DNA of 64,000 bases from Candidatus Cloacimonadota bacterium (lineage in GTDB: Bacteria > Cloacimonadota > Cloacimonadia > G963667145), in the NCBI GenBank assembly GCA_963676615.1, contig OY781092.1, positions 96,001 through 160,000 of the forward strand. Direction: 5' to 3'. Made by a program: the position numbers and the translations under genes. How positions within the stretch are numbered: position 1 is the first letter of the stretch; each line of letters starts with the position of its first letter. The notes under the pieces are model-generated. The model saw nothing but the letters and a program-made list of their open reading frames with translations. It searched no databases and was not told where the DNA came from. Shown piece after piece: positions 10,067 to 19,535 of the stretch.

Positions 10067-10680
10067 CACCGTCTTTGTTGGCTTCAGATTTTTGCGACTT
10101 GAAGCAGGAACTGAAAAAGCTGGCGCAGGCGGATATGCTGCATTTGGACATTATGGACAATCATTTTGTGCCAAATCTGACTTTTGGATTTCCTGTGATA
10201 CAGGCGATTCGGGACAACACAAAACTCCCTTTGGATGCGCATTTGATGGTCGAGCGGCCAGAAGATTATGTGCAAAAATTGGCGGAAATTGGCGTGGAGT
10301 ATATCTCTTTTCATCTTGAAGCCACAGTGCACTCGCATCGGCTGCTTAATCAGATAAAATCTTTGGGGATAAAAGCTGGAGTGGCGATAAATCCAGGCAC
10401 GGCGGTGAGTTTGCTGCAGCCACTTTTGGCGGAGGTCGATTTTGTGCTGCTGATGAGTGTCAATCCTGGCTTTGGCGGGCAATCTTTTTTGCCGCTGGTT
10501 TACGATAAATTGGCGTATCTTGCGCCATATAAAAAGAAGCACCAGTTTCAGATTCAGGTGGATGGCGGTGTGAGCGATAAAAACGCAAAAGATTTGGTGC
10601 AAGCTGGGGTCGATATTTTGGTGGCTGGCAGTTTCGTTTTTAGGGGCGATTACAGCGAAAAAATTGGGTTGTTGAAATAA
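10039..10680 (+). CDS. rpe: Ribulose-phosphate 3-epimerase
   Basis: APSLLA, HLDIMDNHFVPNLTFG, MSVNPGFGGQ, QVDGG. Confidence 0.98.
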   Translation: MAEDKKTLVAPSLLASDFCDLKQELKKLAQADMLHLDIMDNHFVPNLTFGFPVIQAIRDNTKLPLDAHLMVERPEDYVQKLAEIGVEYISFHLEATVHSHRLLNQIKSLGIKAGVAINPGTAVSLLQPLLAEVDFVLLMSVNPGFGGQSFLPLVYDKLAYLAPYKKKHQFQIQVDGGVSDKNAKDLVQAGVDILVAGSFVFRGDYSEKIGLLK

Positions 10681-10800
10681 GGTCGTTGGAGAGGCTGGGT
10701 TTTAGAAATTGTTTAGCGGTGAAGGCTATGGTCGTTTTAGTGGAATGTGGCTTTATTATAGGTTCGATTTTGTAGATTCCTTATTTCCAGACTTCTTATT

Positions 10801-10870
10801 TACTAACGATTAAGCACCTGCAACTTTGGAGCGTAGCGGAAAAGCGGTCAGGAGGAGCGCCTTGTTAGGA
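10801..10870 (-). mobile_element. Integron attC recombination site (about 70 bp, slightly degenerate)
   Basis: Minus strand TCCTAAC-AAGGCGCTCCTCCTGACCGCTTTTCCGCTACGCTCCAAAGTTGCAGGTGCTTAATC-GTTAGTA: inverse core, imperfect internal inverted repeat and core GTT, at the 3' end of an AT-rich gene. Confidence 0.75.
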
Positions 10871-11757
10871 GATTTGGCAACCCGTTCTGACTAATGTAAA
10901 CACCTAATAGTATAACTATTGAACCAATAATTTGACTTAAAATTGGTTTTTCTTTCAATATAAGAACAGACAAAATAATAGTAACTATTGGAACCAAATT
11001 AATAAAAGCTGATGCTTTAGATGCTCCTACTTTATTTATACCCTCATTAAAAAATACATATGCAAGCACAGATGCCCCAAGTGACAATAAGATTATTGAA
11101 ATTAATTCTGCAAAGGAAAAAGACCAGCTCATGTTTGTATATTTCAAATCATAAATCAGCCAAAATAATATGACTATGCTTCCATACATAAAAATTAAAA
11201 AAAGTTTCATATATTGCGACTTAAAATTAAATTGGAATTTTTTTTAGTAAAACATTATAAATACCGAAGCACAATGTTCCAATCAACAGCAATATATCAC
11301 CGAAATTATAATTTGAATTAATGATAACAGATAATTCTAGATTGCTAATGATGATGATAACTCCGACATAAGCTATTATAAATCCTATAGTATTTTCTAA
11401 ATGAAATTTCTCTTCACCCATTGACACTGAAATAGCAAGAGTGACCAATGGTATTGTTGCTTCAAGTAATCCAGCATTAAATGCACTACTATAGTTCAGC
11501 CCTTCGAAGTAAAAATAGTAACATAATGCAATCCCGATAAAGCCAAGAACAGCTAACTTTACATGCTCAAAAAATGTCACCTTTGAAAAATGCTTTCTAT
11601 TTGTGAGCAGAAATAAGCCAAGAATAATGAAGGCCAAAAAAAATCTTAGAAATGTAACCTGAGACGGCAATGCCGTTTCTAATAATATTTTTCCTGCAAT
11701 TGCCGAAGAACCCCAAAATATTGCAGCAAATATTAATTTAATATGAACTAATTGCAT
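10848..11757 (-). pseudogene. EamA/DMT family transporter, frameshifted (cassette gene)
   Basis: Two halves (IFWGSSAIAGK...NAGLLEATIP and LAYVFFNEGINKVGASKASAFINLVP) join into one frame if one A is removed from the A8 run at 11238-11245; AAGGAGG RBS; much more AT-rich than the flanks. Confidence 0.85.
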
Positions 11758-11845
11758 AACACCTCCTTGTTAATTCCCATTTCACTCAAAAAAACGACCA
11801 AAACATTTTGTCAAAGATTTTCTCCACTCGCTGTCAAAAGTGAAC

Positions 11846-14038
11846 TTATTTTTTCGAAAACTCGAAAGAGTCGAAATTGTAGCCGAGAGAAAAGTAGAAA
11901 AATGTGTCGGCGTCTCCGTTGATTGACGCGCTGATTTTGGTGGTGAAAAACGGCTGATAGTAGGTCAGCGTTGTGCCATAGCCTTTGCGGTAGGTGCTGT
12001 ATTTTTGGGTGAAAACATTCCAGTAATCTTTGTTTCGCAGGTCGGCGAAGTTCGCGCCGATGTCCCAGTATAGGTTCGATTTGCCCTTAAAGCGCATCCC
12101 GAGGTAGCCCAGCTTGTAAACGGGGGTGATAATCGAGTTGGTCTCGGCGCCCAAAAAGTTGTCGATTCCTCCCAAATAGAAGGGGTCGTGCTCTAGCGGC
12201 AGAGGGCTGTTGGTGGAGAGGTTGCCGTATTCCAGCTTGATTTTCACGCTAAACTTGTCGCTGACAAAAGGAATGAGCTTGTCGTATTTGACCAAAAATT
12301 TTTGGTAATCGGCGTCGCTTTTCAGGCTCTTGTTGCTAAAATGGAACTTCGACAAAATCGACTCGCCGTCCATCGGCATATACGAATCGTCCAGATATTC
12401 GTAGTAAACTTTCACGCCTAAACCGTTGGTAACAAAGCTGTTATCTGCAAGTCCATACTGTCGAACATCCTCGTCGAAATGCGACAGATAGTAAAAATAG
12501 TAGCCCTCCAAAATCGTCGATTTGTTGGTGTACATCCCGACTCCCAGCGTGGCGTTGGTCTCCTGCTTCTCTTTTCGCCGTGTCTGGTCGAAATCGTTTT
12601 TGTCATAAAGGTGAAACGGCTGTTTTTGATACGAGCCGAAAGTTCGCAAATATGCGCCCCAGCGGTTGCCGAAATTTTTCACAAAGTCAAGATCTGCCTC
12701 GGTTTTTCCGCCGAACTCGAAATTTGCCAGAAGGTTGGAGTTGTTCAAAATTCGGTTGTTCACTCGCAGCAAAGCTCCCAGCGAAAGTTTGGTAAAGTCG
12801 TTGTATTTCGCGTAAAATCCGACTTTTTGGCGCAATTTTTCCTTCACGACGATGACCAAATTTTCGTCGTCCAAAAGTGGATAGCAGTATTCAAAATAGT
12901 CGGTGTCGTAGAGCTCCTTGCAAATTTGCAGCACATCTTTTTTGGAGGTGATTTTATTTTTGTCCAAATTTACCAAACTAAAAATCGTCTTCTGACTTAA
13001 GTGTTTATTCCCTCGAACGCTCACTTTTTCCAATTTCAGCGGTTTGGCAGAGTTTTTGAACTCTCGTTTTTTTTGCTGAAGTTGCTTAAATTTTTGTGGA
13101 TTGCTGAGTTTTTTTAGCTCATCAATGTGCTTTAGCGCCTCTTGTTTGCCAGCGCCGATAAGGCTTGTCGCTTTTTCAAAATCCAAAATGAACGCGCTCT
13201 CCTTCGACCTTGGATAAATCAAAATGGTGACATCTTTTTCGGCTCGCTCGACATTCCCGTTAATGCTCACGCCGATCGATTTTTGCAGCACCGAAATCAA
13301 ATCTTCCTTTTTGTCCTGCTCAACATCGAAAGTCGTCTTCACGCCGATAATCGTCGGCACGCCTTTTTTCGCCAAATCGCCAGCGGGCAGATTGTCCAAA
13401 AGTCCGCCATCGACAAAAGTGTTCGAGTCCAGCCGCATCGGGCTAAAAATCGACGGTAGGCTCATCGACGCACGCAGCGCCTGATGCAGATGCCCTTTGT
13501 CCAAAACGACAGATTTTGTGTTGGTCAAGTCGGTAGTTTTGCAAAAAAATGGAATTGGCAATTGGCTGAAATCGCGGACGGAATGCGCAGGATAGGTCAT
13601 ATCGAAAAATTTGTTGATAATGTGCGAGCCGTGCAAAATTCCGCTGGGCAGTAGCGGCGTAAAGTTGTCCGAGAGCTGTAAATACAGCGCCGTAAAAGGC
13701 TTCCAGCGCTTTTTACTTCCCGCAAAATCTTGTCGGGAAATTGCTTCGTTAAAAAGTTTTTGCCAGTCGGTTTGCAAAAAAAGTTCCTGGATTTCGTCGC
13801 CCGAATAACCGCAGGCGTATAGCGCCCCGATGATAGAGCCCATGCTGGTTCCCGAGATTATGTCGATGGGAATTTGCAAGCTGTCGATAACCTGCAAAAC
13901 GCCGATTTGGGAAACGCTTTTTGCGCCACCGCCAGACAGAGCCAGCCCGATTTGCGTGCTTTTGGCTCGCAGTGGAAGTGTGCAGCAGAGCAAAAAAAGC
14001 AGCAGCGTTAGCGCTCTAGCAGCTTTTCTTTTGTCCAT
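11846..14038 (-). CDS. Patatin-like phospholipase with POTRA and C-terminal beta-barrel (PlpD/type Vd-like)
   Basis: Signal peptide, LALSGGGAKS, GTSMG nucleophile, DGG motif, POTRA-like VSVRGNKHLSQKTI, amphipathic beta C-terminus FYFSLGYNF. Confidence 0.85.
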   Translation of the reverse strand: MDKRKAARALTLLLFLLCCTLPLRAKSTQIGLALSGGGAKSVSQIGVLQVIDSLQIPIDIISGTSMGSIIGALYACGYSGDEIQELFLQTDWQKLFNEAISRQDFAGSKKRWKPFTALYLQLSDNFTPLLPSGILHGSHIINKFFDMTYPAHSVRDFSQLPIPFFCKTTDLTNTKSVVLDKGHLHQALRASMSLPSIFSPMRLDSNTFVDGGLLDNLPAGDLAKKGVPTIIGVKTTFDVEQDKKEDLISVLQKSIGVSINGNVERAEKDVTILIYPRSKESAFILDFEKATSLIGAGKQEALKHIDELKKLSNPQKFKQLQQKKREFKNSAKPLKLEKVSVRGNKHLSQKTIFSLVNLDKNKITSKKDVLQICKELYDTDYFEYCYPLLDDENLVIVVKEKLRQKVGFYAKYNDFTKLSLGALLRVNNRILNNSNLLANFEFGGKTEADLDFVKNFGNRWGAYLRTFGSYQKQPFHLYDKNDFDQTRRKEKQETNATLGVGMYTNKSTILEGYYFYYLSHFDEDVRQYGLADNSFVTNGLGVKVYYEYLDDSYMPMDGESILSKFHFSNKSLKSDADYQKFLVKYDKLIPFVSDKFSVKIKLEYGNLSTNSPLPLEHDPFYLGGIDNFLGAETNSIITPVYKLGYLGMRFKGKSNLYWDIGANFADLRNKDYWNVFTQKYSTYRKGYGTTLTYYQPFFTTKISASINGDADTFFYFSLGYNFDSFEFSKK

Positions 14039-15432
14039 AAAATTGCGTCGTCGATCAGTTTTTGCGGAAAAATCGGAATCTCTTGGGTGTATTTTTTGAT
14101 GCGAGCAATATCTTTTTGATACTCTGCACAAAGTTCTTCGGGGTCGATATCTTTTTGATTTAGCCCTTTTTGGACAATCTCGCGCGAAACATTTTTGAGC
14201 AAATTTGGCACCAGCCGTTTGTCTTCCATCAGCGGCACGATTTTGTCCGCTGTAAGCTCTTCGTTTTCGAGTGTATTAGCGATAGTTTTTGCCGCGGCAA
14301 GAGCCATAGAATCGGTGATTTTTGTCGCCGAAGTTTCGATTACCGCTTTGAGCAAACCGGGGAAAACCAACGAGTTGTTGAGCTGATTTGGGAAGTCGCT
14401 TCTGCCCGTGGCAACGATTTCTGCGCCCGCTTTTTTCGCCTCTTCGGGATAAATCTCGGGCACTGGATTTGCGCAGGCGAAAACGATTGCCCGCTGGCTC
14501 ATTTGGGCGACCATCTTTTGCGTGATTGTGCCTGGGGCAGAGACGCCGATGGCGATGTCTGCGTTTTGAAAAGCTTCGGTCTGCGAGTCGATTTTATCTT
14601 TGTTCGTAATTTTGCAAAGCCGCCATTGCTTGAAAAATTGTGGGTCGTCGCGAAAATCTTTCCTGCCTGAATGCAATCCGCCGTCTTGGTCGAAAACGAA
14701 CAACTTTTCTGGATTTGCGCCTGCTTTGAGTAGGTATTCGGCGATTTGGCTGCCAGCGGCGCCAGCTCCGACCAAAACGATTTTTACCTCGTCTATTTTT
14801 TTTTCGACCAGCTTCAGCGAGTTGTAAATTCCCGCCAAAATTGTGCAGGCAGTCCCTTGTGCATCGTCGTGCCACACGGGGATTTTCAGCTGCTCTTGTA
14901 AAGTTTTCAGGACGGTGTAGCAGTTCGGCTGGCTGATATCTTCCAGGTTAATCGCGGCAAAACTCGGGCTACACGCCTTGACCGTTTCGACAATTTTTTG
15001 CGCACTGTGCTCGCCGTTTTCGTTGTAGGAATCGATGCAGAGAGGCACGGCGTCAACGCCAGCTAAATATTTGAGCAGCAAAGCTTTACCCTCCATAACG
15101 CCCATTCCTCCAGATGGTGTGCAGTCGCCGTCGCCCAGCACGCGCGTGGAGTCGGAAACAATCGCCACGGTTTTCCCCTTGCAAGTCAGCCGATTCGCCA
15201 TTTGGTTGTTTTCTCTGATTTGACACGAAACCTCGGACACGCCCGGCGTGTACCACAGGCTAAAACTCTCGGCACCCCAAATCGGCACTTTAGGCATTAT
15301 CTCCAATTTTCCCTGAAAATTGCGATGCAGCAAAAACGATAACCGTTTGTAAAACAAAGTTTTAGCCGCATTAAGTGAGCCTTTGTTGAACTCTTGTTTC
15401 AATCTTTTTTCGAGTTTAATATTTTCAGACAC
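14008..15432 (-). CDS. NAD(P)-dependent malic enzyme
   Basis: YTPGV, MEGKALL, INLEDI, WHDDAQGT, GAGAAG, ANPVPEI, ATGRSDFPNQLNN. Confidence 0.93.
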   Translation of the reverse strand: MSENIKLEKRLKQEFNKGSLNAAKTLFYKRLSFLLHRNFQGKLEIMPKVPIWGAESFSLWYTPGVSEVSCQIRENNQMANRLTCKGKTVAIVSDSTRVLGDGDCTPSGGMGVMEGKALLLKYLAGVDAVPLCIDSYNENGEHSAQKIVETVKACSPSFAAINLEDISQPNCYTVLKTLQEQLKIPVWHDDAQGTACTILAGIYNSLKLVEKKIDEVKIVLVGAGAAGSQIAEYLLKAGANPEKLFVFDQDGGLHSGRKDFRDDPQFFKQWRLCKITNKDKIDSQTEAFQNADIAIGVSAPGTITQKMVAQMSQRAIVFACANPVPEIYPEEAKKAGAEIVATGRSDFPNQLNNSLVFPGLLKAVIETSATKITDSMALAAAKTIANTLENEELTADKIVPLMEDKRLVPNLLKNVSREIVQKGLNQKDIDPEELCAEYQKDIARIKKYTQEIPIFPQKLIDDAILWTKEKLLER

Positions 15433-15487
15433 CGATAGCTCCTATTTGACGAAAAAGTTTTTTCGCCTTGTGATAAAATTAAATGTT

Positions 15488-16249
15488 TCAACCATTTTTT
15501 TTCTTTTGGGAAAGCTCGTAAAGTGCTATTCCGCAACAAATTCCGACATTTAGCGAATTTTTCCACCCTTGCAGCTCGATTTGATAAACCGCATCGCAAA
15601 GCCGCAAAGTCTGCTCGTCAATTCCCAAAGCTTCGTTGCCCAGCACCAAAGCCGTCGGGCGGTCGAACTTCGCACAAGACAGCGGCAGCGAGCCAGTTGT
15701 CGTCTCCAAAGCGTAAATCGCATAGCCGACTTTTCTGCACGCCAAAATAGCTTCGCTCGTGCTACTAAAGTTCGCTGTATCAAGCCGTTGCCAGCAGCCC
15801 ATCGAAGTTTTTTGCACCTTGGGATTTTGCAAATCGGGCGTCACTCCGCAAAAGCAAACTTTTTGGATGTTAAAGCATTCCGCAGTTCGCAAAATCGCTC
15901 CCACATTGAAAGCGGAACGCAGGTTGTCCAAAATCAAAACGAGCGGCAACTTTTCGCTTTTCCTCGAACTTTTTTCGCCGTCTTTGTTCAAAATTTGGTA
16001 ATCTCTTTTGTAGATTTGGTGTGAATTTTCTAGTTCGGCAAGGCTATAAAAAAAAGTTCGCTTATTGCAAAAATCCACTTTCGAAAAATCGCTATCAGCT
16101 ATAAAATTCAGACGGTTATACTCGGCAATTTTTTCTTGTCTTGTAGAAATGTCGTCCCAGCAATTTTCGATTTGTTGGAGTAAATCGAAAAGTTTTTTTT
16201 TCTGTTTTTCCGTGCTAAAAGAGCGAAACTTTTTTTGGGAAAAACTCAT
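15488..16249 (-). CDS. TrmH/SpoU family RNA methyltransferase
   Basis: LDNLRSAFNVGAILRTA, LVLGNEALGI, SLNVG. Confidence 0.9.
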   Translation of the reverse strand: MSFSQKKFRSFSTEKQKKKLFDLLQQIENCWDDISTRQEKIAEYNRLNFIADSDFSKVDFCNKRTFFYSLAELENSHQIYKRDYQILNKDGEKSSRKSEKLPLVLILDNLRSAFNVGAILRTAECFNIQKVCFCGVTPDLQNPKVQKTSMGCWQRLDTANFSSTSEAILACRKVGYAIYALETTTGSLPLSCAKFDRPTALVLGNEALGIDEQTLRLCDAVYQIELQGWKNSLNVGICCGIALYELSQKKKNG

Positions 16250-16255
16250 AAAATT

Positions 16256-18358
16256 TTACAGCTTAAACATCATCTGCCAATACGATGGCACAGGCCAGAT
16301 GTCCGCGGGCAAAAGATTTTCCAGACAGTCGATATCGTCTCGCAAATTTTTTAGGTCGTTCAGCAGCTGGCAGGCGCAAATTTCCGCCTTCTCCTTGTCG
16401 GTAGTCGCTTTTTCGATTTTGTCCATCGTCGCGCAAAGTTTTTTCAAATTCTCGTCGGCAGCCGAAAAGTGCGAGTTGATCTGAGTGAGTATCTTCGTTT
16501 GGACGCTTTGCTCGCTTTGGATTTTGTGCAAATCTTTGATGCTGCGTGCCAGTCTGCCGATGTAGTCGATAATTGCGGGAAAATATTGTGTGTTGATCAT
16601 TTTTTTCGCCGTGCGAGCCTCGATCAGCGCCTGCTTGTAGTATCTTTGGTAATAAATTTCCACCCTGGATTCCAGCTCTTGCGGGGTCAAAATTCCAGTA
16701 GATTCAAAGAGTTTTTTCGCTTTTTCTCTTTGGTAAGCGCCGATGGCTGCTGCGGTGTGCTCCAGCACGGGCAAGCCCAGCTTTTTCGCCCGCTTCAGAT
16801 ATTCTTGGGAGTAGTTGTCGCCGTTGAAAATAATTCGTTTTATCTGTGGAATCGTTTCTTGCAGGTAGTTGCAAATCTCGGAATTTATGTCGTTGCAGTT
16901 TTTTAGTCTCTGGTTCAAAGCGCTAAGTTCTTCCGCCATAAGGGCGTTGAGGACGACATTGGGCATCGAGATGGATGTTGACGACGGCACCATTCGGAAT
17001 TCGAATTTGTTGCCTGTGAAAGCCAGCGGCGAGGTTCTGTTTCTGTCGGTGTTGTCTTTGGGGAGCCTGCTCAGTGTGTCTACGCCGAGTTCCAAAAAAA
17101 CGCCTTTCTTTTTGTCTGCGCTGCTCACGCCTTTTTCGATATTGTCCAAAACATTGCTCAGTGCGTCGCCCAAAAAAACGGAGATAATCGCTGGGGGAGC
17201 TTCGCTGCCGCCGAGTCGATACTCGTTTCCGAGGTTCGACGCTGAGGCTCGCAGGAGGTCGGCGTGTTTGTCAAAACCTTTGAGAGCGGCGACCAAAAAG
17301 ACCAAAAAAAGCTGATTTTTTTCGGGCGTTGCTCCCGGTTCAAAAAGGTTGATGCCCGTGTCTGTAATCAACGACCAGTTGTTGTGCTTGCCCGAGCCGT
17401 TCACGCCTTGATATGGCTTCTCGTGAAGCAAACAGACCAAATCGTGCCGCAGGGCGACCCGCTTCATCGTCTCCATCACCAGCTGATTTTGGTCAGCGGC
17501 GAGATTTGTCTGGCAATAAACCGACGCCAGCTCGAACTGGCTGGGCGCGACCTCGTTGTGTTTCGATTTGGCGGTAATGCCCATTTCCCACAGGCGAAAA
17601 TCCAAATCTTTCATAAAATTCGCCACGCGATCTTTGATTTGTCCGAAATAATGGTCGTCCAGCTCTTGACCTTTGGGAGCGTTTGCGCCAAAAATCGTGC
17701 GTCCACAGGTAATCAAATCCAGCCTTTTGGCAAAATATTTTTTATCCACCAAAAAATACTCTTGCTCTGGACCCACGCTGGAAGTGACTTTTTTCACATC
17801 ATCGTAGCCAAGATTGTGCAGCAATTTTGTCGCTTGCTTGTTCACCGCTTGCATCGAGCGGAGCAGCGGAGTTTTTTTATCCAAAGCCTCGCCGTTATAG
17901 GAGCAAAAAGCGGTAGGAATGCACAAAGTGACGCCGGCGGTGTCTTCTTTGAGAAAAGCAGGCGAGGTGTAGTCCCAGCTGGTGTATCCGCGTGCCTCAA
18001 ATGTGCTGCGCAGACCTCCCGATGGAAAGCTAGAAGCGTCAGGCTCGCCCTGAGTAAGCTCTGCTCCAGAGAGGCTGAGCTCGATGCTGTTGCCTTTGTT
18101 GGTCGGATTTATGAACGAGTCGTGCTTTTCGGCAGTAGAGCCTGTCAGCGGCTGAAACCAGTGGGTGTAATGGGTTGCGCCCTTTTCAATCGCCCAATCT
18201 TTCATAGCCGCAGCGACTTTGTCCGCCAGTTCCCTTGGCAGTCGTAAATTATTCTCTATGCAGGAGATAAACAGCTTGAAATCTTTTGCGGGCAATCTCT
18301 TTTGCACCGAAAATCGGTTAAAAACCTTCTTCCCAAAAATCTTTTTGATATCGCTCAT
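16256..18358 (-). CDS. glnA: Glutamine synthetase type III
   Basis: THYTHWFQPLTGSTAEKHDSF, EPDASSFPSGGLRSTFEARGYT, DRNRTSPLAFTGNKFEFR; 700 aa. Confidence 0.96.
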   Translation of the reverse strand: MSDIKKIFGKKVFNRFSVQKRLPAKDFKLFISCIENNLRLPRELADKVAAAMKDWAIEKGATHYTHWFQPLTGSTAEKHDSFINPTNKGNSIELSLSGAELTQGEPDASSFPSGGLRSTFEARGYTSWDYTSPAFLKEDTAGVTLCIPTAFCSYNGEALDKKTPLLRSMQAVNKQATKLLHNLGYDDVKKVTSSVGPEQEYFLVDKKYFAKRLDLITCGRTIFGANAPKGQELDDHYFGQIKDRVANFMKDLDFRLWEMGITAKSKHNEVAPSQFELASVYCQTNLAADQNQLVMETMKRVALRHDLVCLLHEKPYQGVNGSGKHNNWSLITDTGINLFEPGATPEKNQLFLVFLVAALKGFDKHADLLRASASNLGNEYRLGGSEAPPAIISVFLGDALSNVLDNIEKGVSSADKKKGVFLELGVDTLSRLPKDNTDRNRTSPLAFTGNKFEFRMVPSSTSISMPNVVLNALMAEELSALNQRLKNCNDINSEICNYLQETIPQIKRIIFNGDNYSQEYLKRAKKLGLPVLEHTAAAIGAYQREKAKKLFESTGILTPQELESRVEIYYQRYYKQALIEARTAKKMINTQYFPAIIDYIGRLARSIKDLHKIQSEQSVQTKILTQINSHFSAADENLKKLCATMDKIEKATTDKEKAEICACQLLNDLKNLRDDIDCLENLLPADIWPVPSYWQMMFKL

Positions 18359-18384
18359 ACAATCCTTTTTTTGCAGCAGAAAAA

Positions 18385-19266
18385 TTATTCGTCCAAATAT
18401 TGCTTAAACTTTTCTTTATTCTTTTTGATAAAATCCAAAGCCAGCACCAAAAAAATCGACAAAAACAAGCAGGCGAAAAATGTGACCAGCACAATCACTT
18501 TCTTGCTCTTCCATTTTCCCGAAAGAGCCCCCTTTCTTTTATCTTCCAAAATTTCTTCTTCGCGAATGCTCAGCGTTGGCCTTTTGGCTTTGTCCAAAAT
18601 CTTCACCTTGGAGTAGTCAAAAACGCTTGTCTTTTCGATGTCAGAGAGCGCTCCGCTGAGAGTTCCCACCAAAGCGACGAGATAGTCCACATCTTCCTGG
18701 CTTTTTGCTTTTTCGATTTTGTTTTTCAAAAATCGCAAGTTCTCTTGATACGCAGCAACGCTTTGTGCTTTCAGTCGTTTTTTTTCTTGCGTTTGGTCGA
18801 TGATGTCGGCATAATCTTCCCGCATCACTTTTTCGATAACTACGGGCGCAAGATTGGCAACCGGCGCAACAATCTCTTGGTCTGCCGACACAACCGAAAT
18901 TTCGATGCAGTTTGGCTTGGCATCGCTATTTTTTTTTGCTTCATCAAAGCTAAACTGAAAATTTTCGATAGTTATTTGCGGAAATTTTGCATTTATTGTT
19001 TGAATAAATTTATTTCCCGAAACCACAGATTTCACCAAATTGAGATAGTAGTTTTCGCTGGAATTTTGCGATTGATAGGCGTTAATAGTTGTGGTCGCTT
19101 TGTAAAGGCTGACTCGCTCCATTTTGAAAAGCGCAAAAGCCACTACCAACAAAGTCGGCAGGACCGTCAGCAAAATAATTGTCCACTTTTTCTTCCACAG
19201 CTTGGCGACGATTTCCAAAAGGTCTATCTCGTCGTCAGCTTGATAATTTGTTTGATTTTCACGCAT
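18385..19266 (-). CDS. Wzz-like polysaccharide chain-length determinant
   Basis: DDEIDLLEIVAKLWKKKWTII, two TM helices flanking a coiled periplasmic domain. Confidence 0.8.
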   Translation of the reverse strand: MRENQTNYQADDEIDLLEIVAKLWKKKWTIILLTVLPTLLVVAFALFKMERVSLYKATTTINAYQSQNSSENYYLNLVKSVVSGNKFIQTINAKFPQITIENFQFSFDEAKKNSDAKPNCIEISVVSADQEIVAPVANLAPVVIEKVMREDYADIIDQTQEKKRLKAQSVAAYQENLRFLKNKIEKAKSQEDVDYLVALVGTLSGALSDIEKTSVFDYSKVKILDKAKRPTLSIREEEILEDKRKGALSGKWKSKKVIVLVTFFACLFLSIFLVLALDFIKKNKEKFKQYLDE

Positions 19267-19525
19267 CTAAATCTCTCCTATTTTCTTTTAGCTCATAAAA
19301 TTTCACACTCTCACTTTTCGAAACATTACCCTTTGGTATCTGCAAAATGTCAACGATTTTCGTGTATCCAGCCAGGCAAAATTCGATTTTATCGCCAACA
19401 AAAACTTTTTCCGACGGCTTGGCGATTTTGTCGTTCAGTTTCACCAAAGATTTTTGGCAAGCTTTTTGGGCGATGCTCCTGGTTTTGGTCAGACAAAGTT
19501 TGTTCAGCAGGGCGTCGATCCGCAT
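19259..19525 (-). CDS. S4-domain RNA-binding protein (Hsp15/YabO-like)
   Basis: MRIDALL...KTRSIAQKAC...KPSEKVFVGD. Confidence 0.88.
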   Translation of the reverse strand: MRIDALLNKLCLTKTRSIAQKACQKSLVKLNDKIAKPSEKVFVGDKIEFCLAGYTKIVDILQIPKGNVSKSESVKFYELKENRRDLDA

Positions 19526-19535
19526 CCAATTTTTG

